DNA of 64,000 bases, taken from assembly GCA_041688145.1 (NCBI GenBank), contig JBDNIV010000038.1, forward strand, positions 3,841-67,840. Direction: 5' to 3'. Origin of the DNA: Chlamydiia bacterium. Lineage in GTDB: Bacteria > Chlamydiota > Chlamydiia > Chlamydiales > JAAKFQ01. Within the stretch, counting starts at the first letter, position 1. Every line of letters starts with the position of its first letter. A program made the position numbers and the translations under genes. Below the pieces are notes generated by a model, which saw only the letters and a list, made by a program, of their open reading frames with translations, searched no databases and had not been told where the DNA came from. Shown here piece after piece: positions 9,403 through 22,453 of the stretch.

Positions 9403-10665
9403 ATGAGTCGCATTGATGTTGAGCTTCCAAAATTAGGTGAAAGCATTGTCTCTGCCACAATTTCCCGGTGGCTTGTGAAAGTTGGGGACTTAGTCCAACT
9501 AGATGAGCCTCTTGTAGAAGTGGCTACCGATAAAGTCAATAGTGAGATTCCTTCTCCTGTTAAAGGGACTATAGTAGAGATTTTAGCTGAGGTTGACGAG
9601 ACTGTTGATGTAGGGAGTGTGATTGCACGTATACAGACAGAAGAGGCGATAGACCCTTCTCTTAAAGAAGAGGGAGCGGCTTTAGCAGGCGAAGGTGCTG
9701 AGAGAGCAGTAGGTGACAACTCAGGCCTAGATTCGTCTGAAGCGCACACAGTGAGGCCTGCGCCTCTGCCAGGATCCAGCAGCCAAATAGCACTTTCTCC
9801 GGCAGTGCTCCGTCTAGCTCAAGAGCATGGACTGAGTTTAGATGTTATTGGTACGATTAGAGGAACAGGAGAGGCGGGGCGCGTTTCTAAACGAGATGTA
9901 TTAGAATTCATTCAAAAGGCTCAAAATAGCTCTTCTTTGGGTAGAGATAAAGATTCCAAAGAGGACTCGTCTCGGGTGAAAATGAGCGCGCTTCGTAAGG
10001 CTATTGCAGATAATATGGTGCGCTCTTTTTATGCAGCGCCTCACGCAAGTCTTGTCCAAGAAGTTGATGTGACTGACTTGCGCTCTGTAATCAAAAAGCA
10101 TAAAGAGGCTTTTTTAGAAAAGCATGGCGCCAAGCTTACACTGACAAGTTTTGTAGCTAAAGCACTTGCTGAGGCTATAAAAGCATACCCTTGGATTAAC
10201 TCTTTTTTAGAAGACGATACCATTGTGGTAAAAAAGAGAGTAAATCTTGGTTTGGCTGTTGCGATAGAAGGTGGCGTTATTGTACCTGTAATTCACGATT
10301 CACAAAACATGCCACTTTGTAAAATAGCAAAGGCTGTCGTTGATTTATCTGCTCGGGGAAGATCTGGAAACCTTAAGGTAGATGAAATGAAGGGAGGCTC
10401 TATCACACTTACTAACTTTGGTATGAGTGGTGTGGTTATTGGCATTCCTATCATTCGTTTTCCAGAAGTAGCGATTGTAGGTCTTGGCGCAGTGAAAAAA
10501 GTACCCAGTGTCGATAGTGCAGGCAATATTGTTGTCCGTGAAAAAATGCACATTTCGCTTACCTTTGATCATAGAGTTTTAGATGGAATGTATGGATGTG
10601 GGTTTTTAAACGAGCTTAAAACTCAATTAGAAGAAAAAGCTATGCATTTTTTAGAGGGGAAATAA
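9403..10665 (+). CDS. 2-oxoacid dehydrogenase E2 component (dihydrolipoamide acyltransferase)
   Basis: Lipoyl domain VEVATDKVNSEIPSP, E3-binding domain LSPAVLRLAQEHGLSL...GTGEAGRVSKRDV, and catalytic motif SLTFDHRVLDG. Confidence 0.9.
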   Translation: MSRIDVELPKLGESIVSATISRWLVKVGDLVQLDEPLVEVATDKVNSEIPSPVKGTIVEILAEVDETVDVGSVIARIQTEEAIDPSLKEEGAALAGEGAERAVGDNSGLDSSEAHTVRPAPLPGSSSQIALSPAVLRLAQEHGLSLDVIGTIRGTGEAGRVSKRDVLEFIQKAQNSSSLGRDKDSKEDSSRVKMSALRKAIADNMVRSFYAAPHASLVQEVDVTDLRSVIKKHKEAFLEKHGAKLTLTSFVAKALAEAIKAYPWINSFLEDDTIVVKKRVNLGLAVAIEGGVIVPVIHDSQNMPLCKIAKAVVDLSARGRSGNLKVDEMKGGSITLTNFGMSGVVIGIPIIRFPEVAIVGLGAVKKVPSVDSAGNIVVREKMHISLTFDHRVLDGMYGCGFLNELKTQLEEKAMHFLEGK

Positions 10666-10672
10666 AAGCGTT

Positions 10673-11641
10673 ATGCTAAAAGATCTTTTTCAAGAGCAAA
10701 AAAGCTATCTTAATGCTTTCTTTGACCAATTAGATATTGATCAAGCGGAGCGTTTTTTTGAAGAGATCAAAAAATGCACAGGCACTTTGTTTTTCTCGGG
10801 TGTAGGTAAGAGTGGTCTTGTAGCAAGACGCTTAGCTCAGATGTTAATGTCTGTAGGGGTAAAAGCACATTTCTTATCAGCTACAGATGCCCTGCATGGA
10901 GATTTAGGCGCGGTTTCACAAGAGGACCTTTTTATAGCACTTAGTAAAAGCGGAGAGAGTGAAGAGCTTTTGACGCTTGCGCCTTACCTAAAAAGTAAGG
11001 TGAAAAAGCTACTTGCTTTAGTTTGCTATGAGAATAGTAAGCTAGAAAAATGGTGTGATCTGACAGTAAAGTTGCCTTTAGAAAAAGAGCTGTGTCCTTT
11101 TGATTTAGCGCCAGCCACTTCATCAGCAATTCAGATGATCTTTGGTGATATTTTAGTTGTGGCAATGATGCATGAACGCGGCTTTTCTAAAGAGCAGTAC
11201 GCAAAAAATCACCCTTCAGGGTTAATTGGAAAAAGGCTTGTTTTGCGTGTAGAAGATCTTATGCTAAAAGGAAAAGATCTGCCTTTGGCTTTTGCTCAAG
11301 ACGCGCTTATGGATGCGCTTGTGACCCTTTCAGATAAAAGGTGTGGATGTCTTTTAGTGGTAGATGAAAATCAAAAACTTTGCGGTCTATTTACCGATGG
11401 AGATTTACGTCGTACGCTCCAACTAAATCCAAGCAATATTTCAGATTTATGTTTGTCTGATGTAATGACGAAAGCACCTACAGTCGCACATGCTGAGGAC
11501 CTTGCATATGAAGCATTAAAGATAATGCAAAAAATTCCAGGGGCTTACATCACAGAACTGCCTGTTGTAGATAAGCAGGGGTGCGTATTAGGTCTTATCC
11601 GCCTCCATCAAATTGCAGAGGCGGGGCTTTGTGCAGGTTAA
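10673..11641 (+). CDS. kdsD: arabinose-5-phosphate isomerase (KpsF/GutQ/KdsD family; SIS plus tandem CBS)
   Basis: SIS motif FFSGVGKSGLVARRLAQML...ALSKSGESEE. The C-terminal CBS pair includes LLVVDENQKLCGLFTDGDLRR. Confidence 0.9.
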   Translation: MLKDLFQEQKSYLNAFFDQLDIDQAERFFEEIKKCTGTLFFSGVGKSGLVARRLAQMLMSVGVKAHFLSATDALHGDLGAVSQEDLFIALSKSGESEELLTLAPYLKSKVKKLLALVCYENSKLEKWCDLTVKLPLEKELCPFDLAPATSSAIQMIFGDILVVAMMHERGFSKEQYAKNHPSGLIGKRLVLRVEDLMLKGKDLPLAFAQDALMDALVTLSDKRCGCLLVVDENQKLCGLFTDGDLRRTLQLNPSNISDLCLSDVMTKAPTVAHAEDLAYEALKIMQKIPGAYITELPVVDKQGCVLGLIRLHQIAEAGLCAG

Positions 11642-11758
11642 GTCATAAATAGCCTTCTAGCTTTATTCCTTCCGGTTGTCTTAAAACATTAGCTATAGTT
11701 AGAATTGCGGTCTTTAACAGCGCTAAGTAGATTTTAACTTTATTACCCAGGTATTCCA

Positions 11759-13342
11759 ATGGTTCTTGTACAAGCAGTGCTACCAGCTCAGTCATTTCTA
11801 CCTAGCACTAAAAAAGGTCGAGATTATATCCATTTAGTAGAGAAGAAGGAAACAAAAATGGTTCCTAAAGGAGCTGAGCTCCCGGCTCATACTCAAGAAT
11901 ATCGAGCTAATACTTTGGTGAATTATCTACTGCAAGCTCGAGTGTCTGGTAAACCTGAATTTACTGAAGAAGAGGTTGCTCTTCATTCCCCTGGTAATGA
12001 ACGTCAACTTTTAGAAAGTATTGGAGCGGGCCAAGGCTTTGAAAAAAGTGAGTGGATTGAAACCCACGTAGAAAGGCGTGTGCAGCTGTTTTTTTTACAG
12101 CTTATTGCATGTTATAAAACTCCTTTTACTTTTTCTGCAACCCGCGCTGAAGATGAGATAGGAGGAGGGTGCACTGTAAAGATGCACGATCCTGCTGCTG
12201 AAGGGAGGGTAACACATAAGACGCAAGCAGCCCATTCAAGTACACTTCCTTGCCTTTATGCAGAGTCTCGAGAAGAGGAGGGCGCTCTTAAGTTTGTCTA
12301 TCTGAAACATTCCCACTTATATAATCAACACAATGCCACAGTTGAGCTTCCGGTATATGTGAATCAAGCGGACACTTATATCGATGAGTCAAAAGGGCTT
12401 CGCGAAACAGCACTTAGAATTATCAATAAAGCTGCGAGGGGAGGGGTGTCACCTCAAGATGGCATTAAAGAATTCATGTCGGCTTTTACTGACGTTCTAG
12501 CAGGGGCTATAGAATCTTTAGAAAAGGGGCATCCTAAACGAATAGCTCTTGAGATGTATTTAGAAAAAGCCGCAGACCTAGAGTTTGAGATTGAGGAAGA
12601 TGCGGGCATTTTTGATCATCTTTTAGGGGTTAAAGTTGAAGATGATGATGTGTCAGCAGTTTTAAGGGATGTAGTCTTTGCTGAGCGTTTTAAGCTAATT
12701 CAAAAAACGCAGTCTAAAGAAACTGAGATTGCTCGTGTCATACTCGATGCTCAAAACACAATGCTTAAGAAAGAGCACAAATCACTAAAGAGCTTAGATT
12801 ATCGTTTGAGATATGTTCTTTTAGAAGCAGCGCCAGCTGGATACACAAAGCGTTTAGAAAAGCTTTTGTGCACTTCTTTAGATCAGCTACAGAGATTCTA
12901 TGCTAAACCGGATGAGAGACTAAGAGAGTGTGAGATAAGAGCTGCTGAGAAAAAAGTACATATTGCAAAGTTCCGAGCTGATCACGAAGAGGCCGTAAAG
13001 AAATTAGAAAAGGATTTAAGGCCACTTTTTAGAGAGATGAACGGAGAAGAGCTTCTTTATCGATCCAAGGTTTTTAGGGGGCTTAGAGTGCGAGTTCGCA
13101 ATTGGATCCAGCAGGATTTTTCTGATAAATACCGCAGAGCTTATCCTGCTGATTCTATGAGTCGTTCAATGGTGTCTCGATTTGAGGGCTTTGGTAGGCC
13201 TATAGATCCCACGCGTGACTATCAGACACCTGAAGGTCAAAGGCAAAAAGTTATAGATATAGCCCGCGCTTTAAAAATTGCAAACACTTTTGAAGTGGAT
13301 GCAGGGGTTTTTCTGCCTAGCTTGATTTCTTCAGGCTATTGA
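11759..13342 (+). CDS. hypothetical protein (527 aa, largely helical/charged; candidate secreted effector)
   Basis: Long uninterrupted ORF with no recognisable enzymatic motif. A long charged helical C-terminal half. Confidence 0.6.
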   Translation: MVLVQAVLPAQSFLPSTKKGRDYIHLVEKKETKMVPKGAELPAHTQEYRANTLVNYLLQARVSGKPEFTEEEVALHSPGNERQLLESIGAGQGFEKSEWIETHVERRVQLFFLQLIACYKTPFTFSATRAEDEIGGGCTVKMHDPAAEGRVTHKTQAAHSSTLPCLYAESREEEGALKFVYLKHSHLYNQHNATVELPVYVNQADTYIDESKGLRETALRIINKAARGGVSPQDGIKEFMSAFTDVLAGAIESLEKGHPKRIALEMYLEKAADLEFEIEEDAGIFDHLLGVKVEDDDVSAVLRDVVFAERFKLIQKTQSKETEIARVILDAQNTMLKKEHKSLKSLDYRLRYVLLEAAPAGYTKRLEKLLCTSLDQLQRFYAKPDERLRECEIRAAEKKVHIAKFRADHEEAVKKLEKDLRPLFREMNGEELLYRSKVFRGLRVRVRNWIQQDFSDKYRRAYPADSMSRSMVSRFEGFGRPIDPTRDYQTPEGQRQKVIDIARALKIANTFEVDAGVFLPSLISSGY

Positions 13343-13821
13343 GACTCCTTGAAAGCTTCTAATAAGTTTATATAGCTCTCTTTTGAAAAATGAGGTAGCT
13401 TGACCTCTAGGTTTTTTTTAGAGAAAAACGCTTTCCAGGGCATTTTTTTTAGAGGGCCAGGCGTGAGGCTAAAAGGAAGTCTCAAAATAAGTGATCTGGA
13501 TTTGGTGTGATAGTGGACAGATCTAATATGCTTATAATTTAAAGAGAGCTCACTTTTTCCGCGCCTTAAAGTAAGGTAAGAAGAAAAGCACCTTAGCATA
13601 ACGGGTGCATTTTCAAAGCGACAAAGGCGTTTATAGGGAATAAGGCCTAAGGCAACAGCTCCAATACCTGAGAGAAATAAGGTAAGAGAGGCATTGGGGT
13701 AGAATAGAGCATTAACCATGCTTAAAGCACCTAGGGCCCCTAGAGACGATCCATAAAAAAGAGTGCGTTTTTTTAGTTTAGGGTCAATGCCTGTATAGAA
13801 AAAAAGGGCGTTTGATTCCAA
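13336..13821 (-). CDS. hypothetical membrane protein
   Basis: 161-aa ORF with two adjacent hydrophobic segments (LFYGSSLGALGALSMVNALFY, LTLFLSGIGAVALGLIPY). Overlaps the 3' end of the convergent 527-aa ORF by 7 nt. Confidence 0.5.
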   Translation of the reverse strand: MESNALFFYTGIDPKLKKRTLFYGSSLGALGALSMVNALFYPNASLTLFLSGIGAVALGLIPYKRLCRFENAPVMLRCFSSYLTLRRGKSELSLNYKHIRSVHYHTKSRSLILRLPFSLTPGPLKKMPWKAFFSKKNLEVKLPHFSKESYINLLEAFKESQ

Positions 13822-13870
13822 TTTTACCTCGGTTGTGTTAAGGTTTAGTCAAAATTATAGCAGAGGATTT

Positions 13871-15148
13871 ATGAGCACAATTACCTTAAGCCACATTTTG
13901 ATCATTGGGACTTTCATATTAGGTTATGTTGCAATCGCGTTTGAGCATATCTTAAAGGTCAATAAAACGGCTATTGCTCTTTTGATGGCAGTGTTATGTT
14001 GGATTTTTTACTTTGTGGGGCTTGGGGCTCACAATGCTGAAAGCACTAGAGAGCTATGCGTTCATTTAGCAGATACTAGCCAGGTGGTCTTTTTTCTTTT
14101 AGGTGCAATGGCTTTAGTCGAGCTGATTGATGTTCATAATGGCTTTCACCTGATTTCTAAATATATGAAGACGCACTCCAAGGTAAAGATGCTTTGCTTG
14201 GTGAGTGTGATTGCTTTTATGCTCTCTGCTGTGATTGATAATCTCACAGCTACTATTGTTATGATCTCAGTGATACGGAAATTGGTTGTGGGTCGTGAAG
14301 ATAGGCTTATTCTTGGTGGTATGGTTGTAATTGCAGCTAATGCAGGGGGAGCTTGGACGCCGATTGGTGATGTGACTACAACAATGCTTTGGATTTCGGG
14401 TAGGCTTACAACAGGGCCTCTTATGCTAAAACTTGTTTTACCTAGTATGGCGTGTGTGGCAGGAGCTCTTTTTATGCTAGCTAGAAAAATGAAAGGGGAA
14501 TTTAAAGGTACAGAAGAGAGTATAAAGTTAGCTTCAGCCCCTTTTGGAAATGTGGTTCTAGGCATGGGAATGCTTGCTCTTATATGTGTGCCTGTATTTA
14601 AAGGTACGATAGGTCTTCCTCCTTTTATGGGAATGCTTATAGGCCTTGGGGTTTTGTGGTTGATTACAGATGTTGTCCACTCTTCTCATAAAGAAAGGCA
14701 ACACTTACAGGTCCCCCATGTGCTCTCAAGGATTGATACAGCAGGAGTCCTTTTCTTCTTAGGTATTTTACTCGCAGTAGCAGCTTTAGAGACTTCAGGG
14801 ATCTTGATGGGGATAGCCCAGTGGCTTGATGTCTCTGTAGGCAGTTCTACAGGGATTGCAACTTTAATAGGGCTATTTTCTTCGATCATTGACAATGTGC
14901 CTTTAGTGGCGGCTTCTATTGGCATGTACGACCTAGCAGCTCATCCGGTAGATTCGCATCTATGGCAGATGATAGCGCTTTGTGCTGGTACAGGGGGCAG
15001 TATTTTGATTATAGGGTCGGCTTCAGGTATTGCTTTTATGGGATTAGAGAAGGTGGATTTTCTCTGGTTTGTGCGAAAAATTTCTTTAAGTGCTCTTGTT
15101 GGTTATGCGTGTGGAATCGTGGTCTATCTCCTGCAATCATTGATTTAG
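13871..15148 (+). CDS. nhaD: NhaD/ArsB-superfamily Na+/H+ antiporter
   Basis: About 12 hydrophobic segments, with motifs SAVIDNLTATIVM, AANAGGAWTPIGDVTTTMLW and SIIDNVPLVAA. Start placed at ATG 13871 (MSTITLSH); the track start is GTG 13835. Confidence 0.85.
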   Translation: MSTITLSHILIIGTFILGYVAIAFEHILKVNKTAIALLMAVLCWIFYFVGLGAHNAESTRELCVHLADTSQVVFFLLGAMALVELIDVHNGFHLISKYMKTHSKVKMLCLVSVIAFMLSAVIDNLTATIVMISVIRKLVVGREDRLILGGMVVIAANAGGAWTPIGDVTTTMLWISGRLTTGPLMLKLVLPSMACVAGALFMLARKMKGEFKGTEESIKLASAPFGNVVLGMGMLALICVPVFKGTIGLPPFMGMLIGLGVLWLITDVVHSSHKERQHLQVPHVLSRIDTAGVLFFLGILLAVAALETSGILMGIAQWLDVSVGSSTGIATLIGLFSSIIDNVPLVAASIGMYDLAAHPVDSHLWQMIALCAGTGGSILIIGSASGIAFMGLEKVDFLWFVRKISLSALVGYACGIVVYLLQSLI

Positions 15149-15179
15149 CAACATTTTCTTAATTTTTCTGATCAAATCC

Positions 15180-15208
15180 TTGCGCAAATATAGGGTATCA
15201 AGTAAATT
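15180..15208 (+). promoter_or_regulatory. candidate rRNA operon promoter (TTGCGC-17 nt-TAAATT)
   Basis: Best -35/-10 pair upstream of the 16S leader helix that starts at 15281. Only a moderate match to consensus. Confidence 0.3.
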
Positions 15209-15280
15209 GATGCTTCCTTCACACAGTCTAGCGACATAAGTGAAGCGAACACAAAGACAGATTGCCTTTGATTGAATGTT

Positions 15281-15327
15281 TTGACAGTAGAAATGAAGTG
15301 ATGTACAAGTCTTTTTTGAGCTTGTGC
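15281..15327 (+). other. pre-16S processing helix, 5' strand (pairs with 16955..16996)
   Basis: TTGACAGTAGAAATGAAGTGATGTAC pairs without interruption over 26 bp (including G-U pairs) with GTACATCGCTTCATTTCTACTGTTAA in the 16S-23S spacer. A further TTGAGCTTG / CAAGCTCAA extension follows. This is the typical RNase III stem enclosing 16S. Confidence 0.75.
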
Positions 15328-15375
15328 GTAGGTGTAATTTATTACACTTACTCGTTAATTATATTTTTTTTATCC

Positions 15376-16907
<1,532 letters not shown>

Positions 16908-16954
16908 TTAAGGACAAAGCACTTTGGTCTTCGGACTGGAGTTGCTTAGGTTAA

Positions 16955-16996
16955 GCAAGCTCAAGAAAGCGTACATCGCTTCATTTCTACTGTTAA
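16955..16996 (+). other. pre-16S processing helix, 3' strand (in the 16S-23S spacer)
   Basis: Complementary to 15281..15327 (see that entry). Confidence 0.75.
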
Positions 16997-17055
16997 AGTT
17001 TCTCGAAATAAATTGTCTTTTTATAATCTTAATGCGAAAAAACAAATAAAACTTT

Positions 17056-17093
17056 CATTGAGAAAGTCGGCGTTTGAGAATAGTACGATATGG
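17056..17093 (+). other. pre-23S processing helix, 5' strand (pairs with 20074..20109)
   Basis: CATTGAGAAAGTCGGCGTTTGAGA...ACGATATGG pairs, with G-U pairs and one small internal loop, with CCATGTCGT...TCTCGAACGTCGATTTTTGCAATG downstream of 23S. Confidence 0.65.
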
Positions 17094-17104
17094 CAACAAC
17101 AGTT

Positions 17105-20033
<2,929 letters not shown>

Positions 20034-20073
20034 TTTTATTGTTTCAGCAAATAATTTTGCTGTAAGAATAAAA

Positions 20074-20109
20074 CCATGTCGTGCATCTCGAACGTCGATT
20101 TTTGCAATG
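20074..20109 (+). other. pre-23S processing helix, 3' strand (in the 23S-5S spacer)
   Basis: Complementary to 17056..17093. Confidence 0.65.
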
Positions 20110-20153
20110 AAAGAAAACGAGTTTATTGCTTTAAGAATATATAAAAGATTTTT

Positions 20154-20269
20154 TTCTGGTGACCATAGAGAGGGGGAAATACCTGATCCCATCCCGAACT
20201 CAGAAGTCAAGCCCCTCATCGCCGATGGTACTACACACAAGAGTGTGGGAGAGTAGGTCGTTGCCAGTA
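20154..20269 (+). rRNA. rrf: 5S ribosomal RNA
   Basis: CTGGTGACCATAG...CCCGAACTCAGAAGTCAAGC...GCCGATGGTACT...GAGAGTAGGTCGTTGCCAG. Helix I forms between CTGGTGAC and GTTGCCAG. Confidence 0.93.
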
Positions 20270-20278
20270 TTTTATTTC

Positions 20279-20317
20279 GCCCCTCTAGGCCTTAAAACCT
20301 AGAGGGGCTTTTTTTTT
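20279..20317 (+). terminator. rho-independent terminator of the rRNA operon
   Basis: GCCCCTCTAGG-CCTTAAAA-CCTAGAGGGGC hairpin (11-bp stem) followed by a run of 9 T. Confidence 0.85.
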
Positions 20318-20400
20318 GCTTTTGTTTTTTACTTTAAAAAAATAAGTTTTATTTGCTACGGTGAACTTTAAAGTACTTAAATTCTTTGAAGGGGCTGAGA

Positions 20401-21383
20401 TGACATGCAGATTTACGCAATTTTTATTTGGAGCGACAGCTTTTTTTGCGTTAGCTTATTCAGGAATATTCGCTGCCCAAGATGAATCTATTCAGCACAA
20501 AGCAAGGCTCCATGAAAAGAAGAATCTTGACCAAGATATTCTGACTACATTTTCTGTTAAAAGTGGCGTGCGCTTTCACGATCTTCGCCAAGAAGGGCCG
20601 TCTGCTATTACTTTTAATCCTGATGGCAACGGTAATGTAACAGCTTCAAATGGGGTGAATAATAAATACAAATTTGCTCTCTCGGAATTCACAGCAGCAG
20701 CAGAAGTAATGTTTTATGGGGGATTTTCTTTTAGTGCTGAGGGCTCATATGGAGCTTTGCCAGGAAATATTAACTGTAAGGCGAATGTAGATTGGTCTCG
20801 GGGTCAGCTTCCAGACCGTTTTAACTATGACATTGTATCACGGGCTTATACCTATGGATACACACTTCGTGTACAAAGGTGGTTTGCGCCTGTGTCATGG
20901 TTTAAGTGCAGTGTTCTTGGAGGATGGGGTTATAACTATCTCAGTATATTTAGAGATTCTAAAACGCGGTTTTCAGCTCCTTTTGGAGGGATGAATTTCT
21001 GCTTTGCTTTTGCTAAAAGTTTCATAGCGCGCCTGCAGGCTACGTATTCTTTTTCTGGAGGACGTCGTGAACAGTTGCGCTTTTCGAATGTATCTCAAGA
21101 GGATATTTTAGCTGGTTTTGTCCCTTCTAGATCCTTTAGCACAAAATCAGGATCTGTTTCAGGACCTAAGGTATCACTTGATCTTACTCATACATTTCAC
21201 TCGGGTTGGCAAATCTTTGCAGGTGCAGATTGGAAGCAGCTGAGAACACCTCATCGTATAATTAGTGTTGACTATACTTCGCCACCAGCTTTGGATCCTT
21301 TACAAAACTCTACAGGGGTTTGGAATGAAAAAACCGTTTGGAGCTCAATCGGTGCGTGGGTAGGCCTTGAACACAATTTTTAA
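20401..21383 (+). CDS. predicted outer-membrane beta-barrel protein, paralog 1
   Basis: Signal peptide MTCRFTQFLFGATAFFALAYSGIFAAQDE, with an SD GAAGGGG before ATG 20401. Alternating aromatic/polar pattern. The C-terminal residue is Phe (GLEHNF). Shares motifs with the next gene. Confidence 0.7.
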
Positions 21384-21407
21384 ATAGCCTAAAGGAGGCA
21401 TGTAGTT

Positions 21408-22361
21408 ATGAAACGATTAAAGAAAACAGGTTTAGGGGTACTTTCCCTTGCAATGCTTTGCCAAATGGGCTGGGCAGACAGTGAGCTTGAGGCGCATCAT
21501 TCACACTGCCCAAAAGCACATAGAAGACACTATCTAGCTGATGGGATTAGAGCGGTTATTGGTTTAGAAGGTGGACTTCGCTTTGATAACCTCCGCCATG
21601 AAGGGCCGAGTAATATCACTCTATCTTTTAATGACCCATCGGTAGTTGCCGACAGTGGGGTGAATAACCGCATGTCGCAAACTCTTGTTGAAAGAGCATT
21701 GAAAGCGCGCGTTATTTTTTATGATGTTGCATTCATACAAACAAATTTTGCTCATGGTACTGCTGCAAATGCGACTCACATGCGCCAGAACGTAGATTGG
21801 GATCCAACTGATGGTGTGCCTCAAGATGGGTATTATGACAATAACGCTTATAGCTATGATGTAAGCGCTTCTATAGGTGGTCAAATTCGTTGGAATTCTT
21901 GGGCAAGTAATTCGCTTGAGTTTGGCTGGGGCTATCAAAGGCTTCGCTTAAGCACTATATCTGATACGCGCTATGCAGCTCCTTTTATAAAGCTAGGCTC
22001 TAAGTTTGAGTTTTTAAAGCGTTGGACTGCAGCGTTTTCAGGAGCATATCACTTTGCAGGATCTCGCAAAGAAGAAGTAACACCTGTTCTATTGGGTATT
22101 TTCGGAGTAAATCCTAGTGGTTTTCTCTTAGACACTAGCCAGGTGAATGCAGGTCATGTAAGTGGAGGTAGCGTTGACTTATCAGTTGGTTACGCTTTTT
22201 CTAAAAATTGGGGTGCAAGTCTAAATTACGAGTTCAAAGGCTTTAAAAGCTCAAGAGAGCGTTTAGGCTCATCTTGGTATGATGATGTTTCAGGTACATG
22301 GGATGAGCGCACAGTTTGGTTCTCAAACCATGTGCATATGGCCGTTGACTATAGCTTCTAG
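21408..22361 (+). CDS. predicted outer-membrane beta-barrel protein, paralog 2
   Basis: Strong SD AAAGGAGG, signal peptide MKRLKKTGLGVLSLAMLCQMGWADSE, and C-terminal AVDYSF. Motifs shared with paralog 1: G[VL]RF..LR.EGPS.IT, VDW, GWGY, [FY][SA]APF, W[ND]E[KR]TVW. Confidence 0.75.
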   Translation: MKRLKKTGLGVLSLAMLCQMGWADSELEAHHSHCPKAHRRHYLADGIRAVIGLEGGLRFDNLRHEGPSNITLSFNDPSVVADSGVNNRMSQTLVERALKARVIFYDVAFIQTNFAHGTAANATHMRQNVDWDPTDGVPQDGYYDNNAYSYDVSASIGGQIRWNSWASNSLEFGWGYQRLRLSTISDTRYAAPFIKLGSKFEFLKRWTAAFSGAYHFAGSRKEEVTPVLLGIFGVNPSGFLLDTSQVNAGHVSGGSVDLSVGYAFSKNWGASLNYEFKGFKSSRERLGSSWYDDVSGTWDERTVWFSNHVHMAVDYSF

Positions 22362-22411
22362 AGCTATAGTTAATTACTGCTGATATCAAAAAATAAGCAG
22401 TCCAGCAAGCC

Positions 22412-22444
22412 AAAAAAAGGCCTCCATTAGGAGGCCTTTTTTTT
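22412..22444. terminator. bidirectional rho-independent terminator between convergent genes
   Basis: A7-GGCCTCC-ATTA-GGAGGCC-T8. The A-tract upstream and T-tract downstream allow termination on both strands. Confidence 0.8.
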
Positions 22445-22453
22445 AGACAAAGC

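Noticed and set aside
9357-9749. Antisense shadow ORFs inside well-supported genes: 9357..9749, 14146..14565, 21621..21938, 29382..29792, 36933..37310, 38945..39292, 54179..54613, 55649..56059, 6967..7236, and the plus-strand ORFs within 22533..24974
   Set aside because: Each lies opposite or out of frame within a gene with strong family motifs or a much longer ORF. Their compositions are low-complexity mirror images, and none has an SD.
16908-17104. tRNA-Ile/tRNA-Ala genes in the 16S-23S spacer
   Set aside because: The spacer is only about 197 nt. It contains no cloverleaf-compatible sequence and no GGTTCGAATCC-type T-arm. It is occupied by the processing-helix strands.
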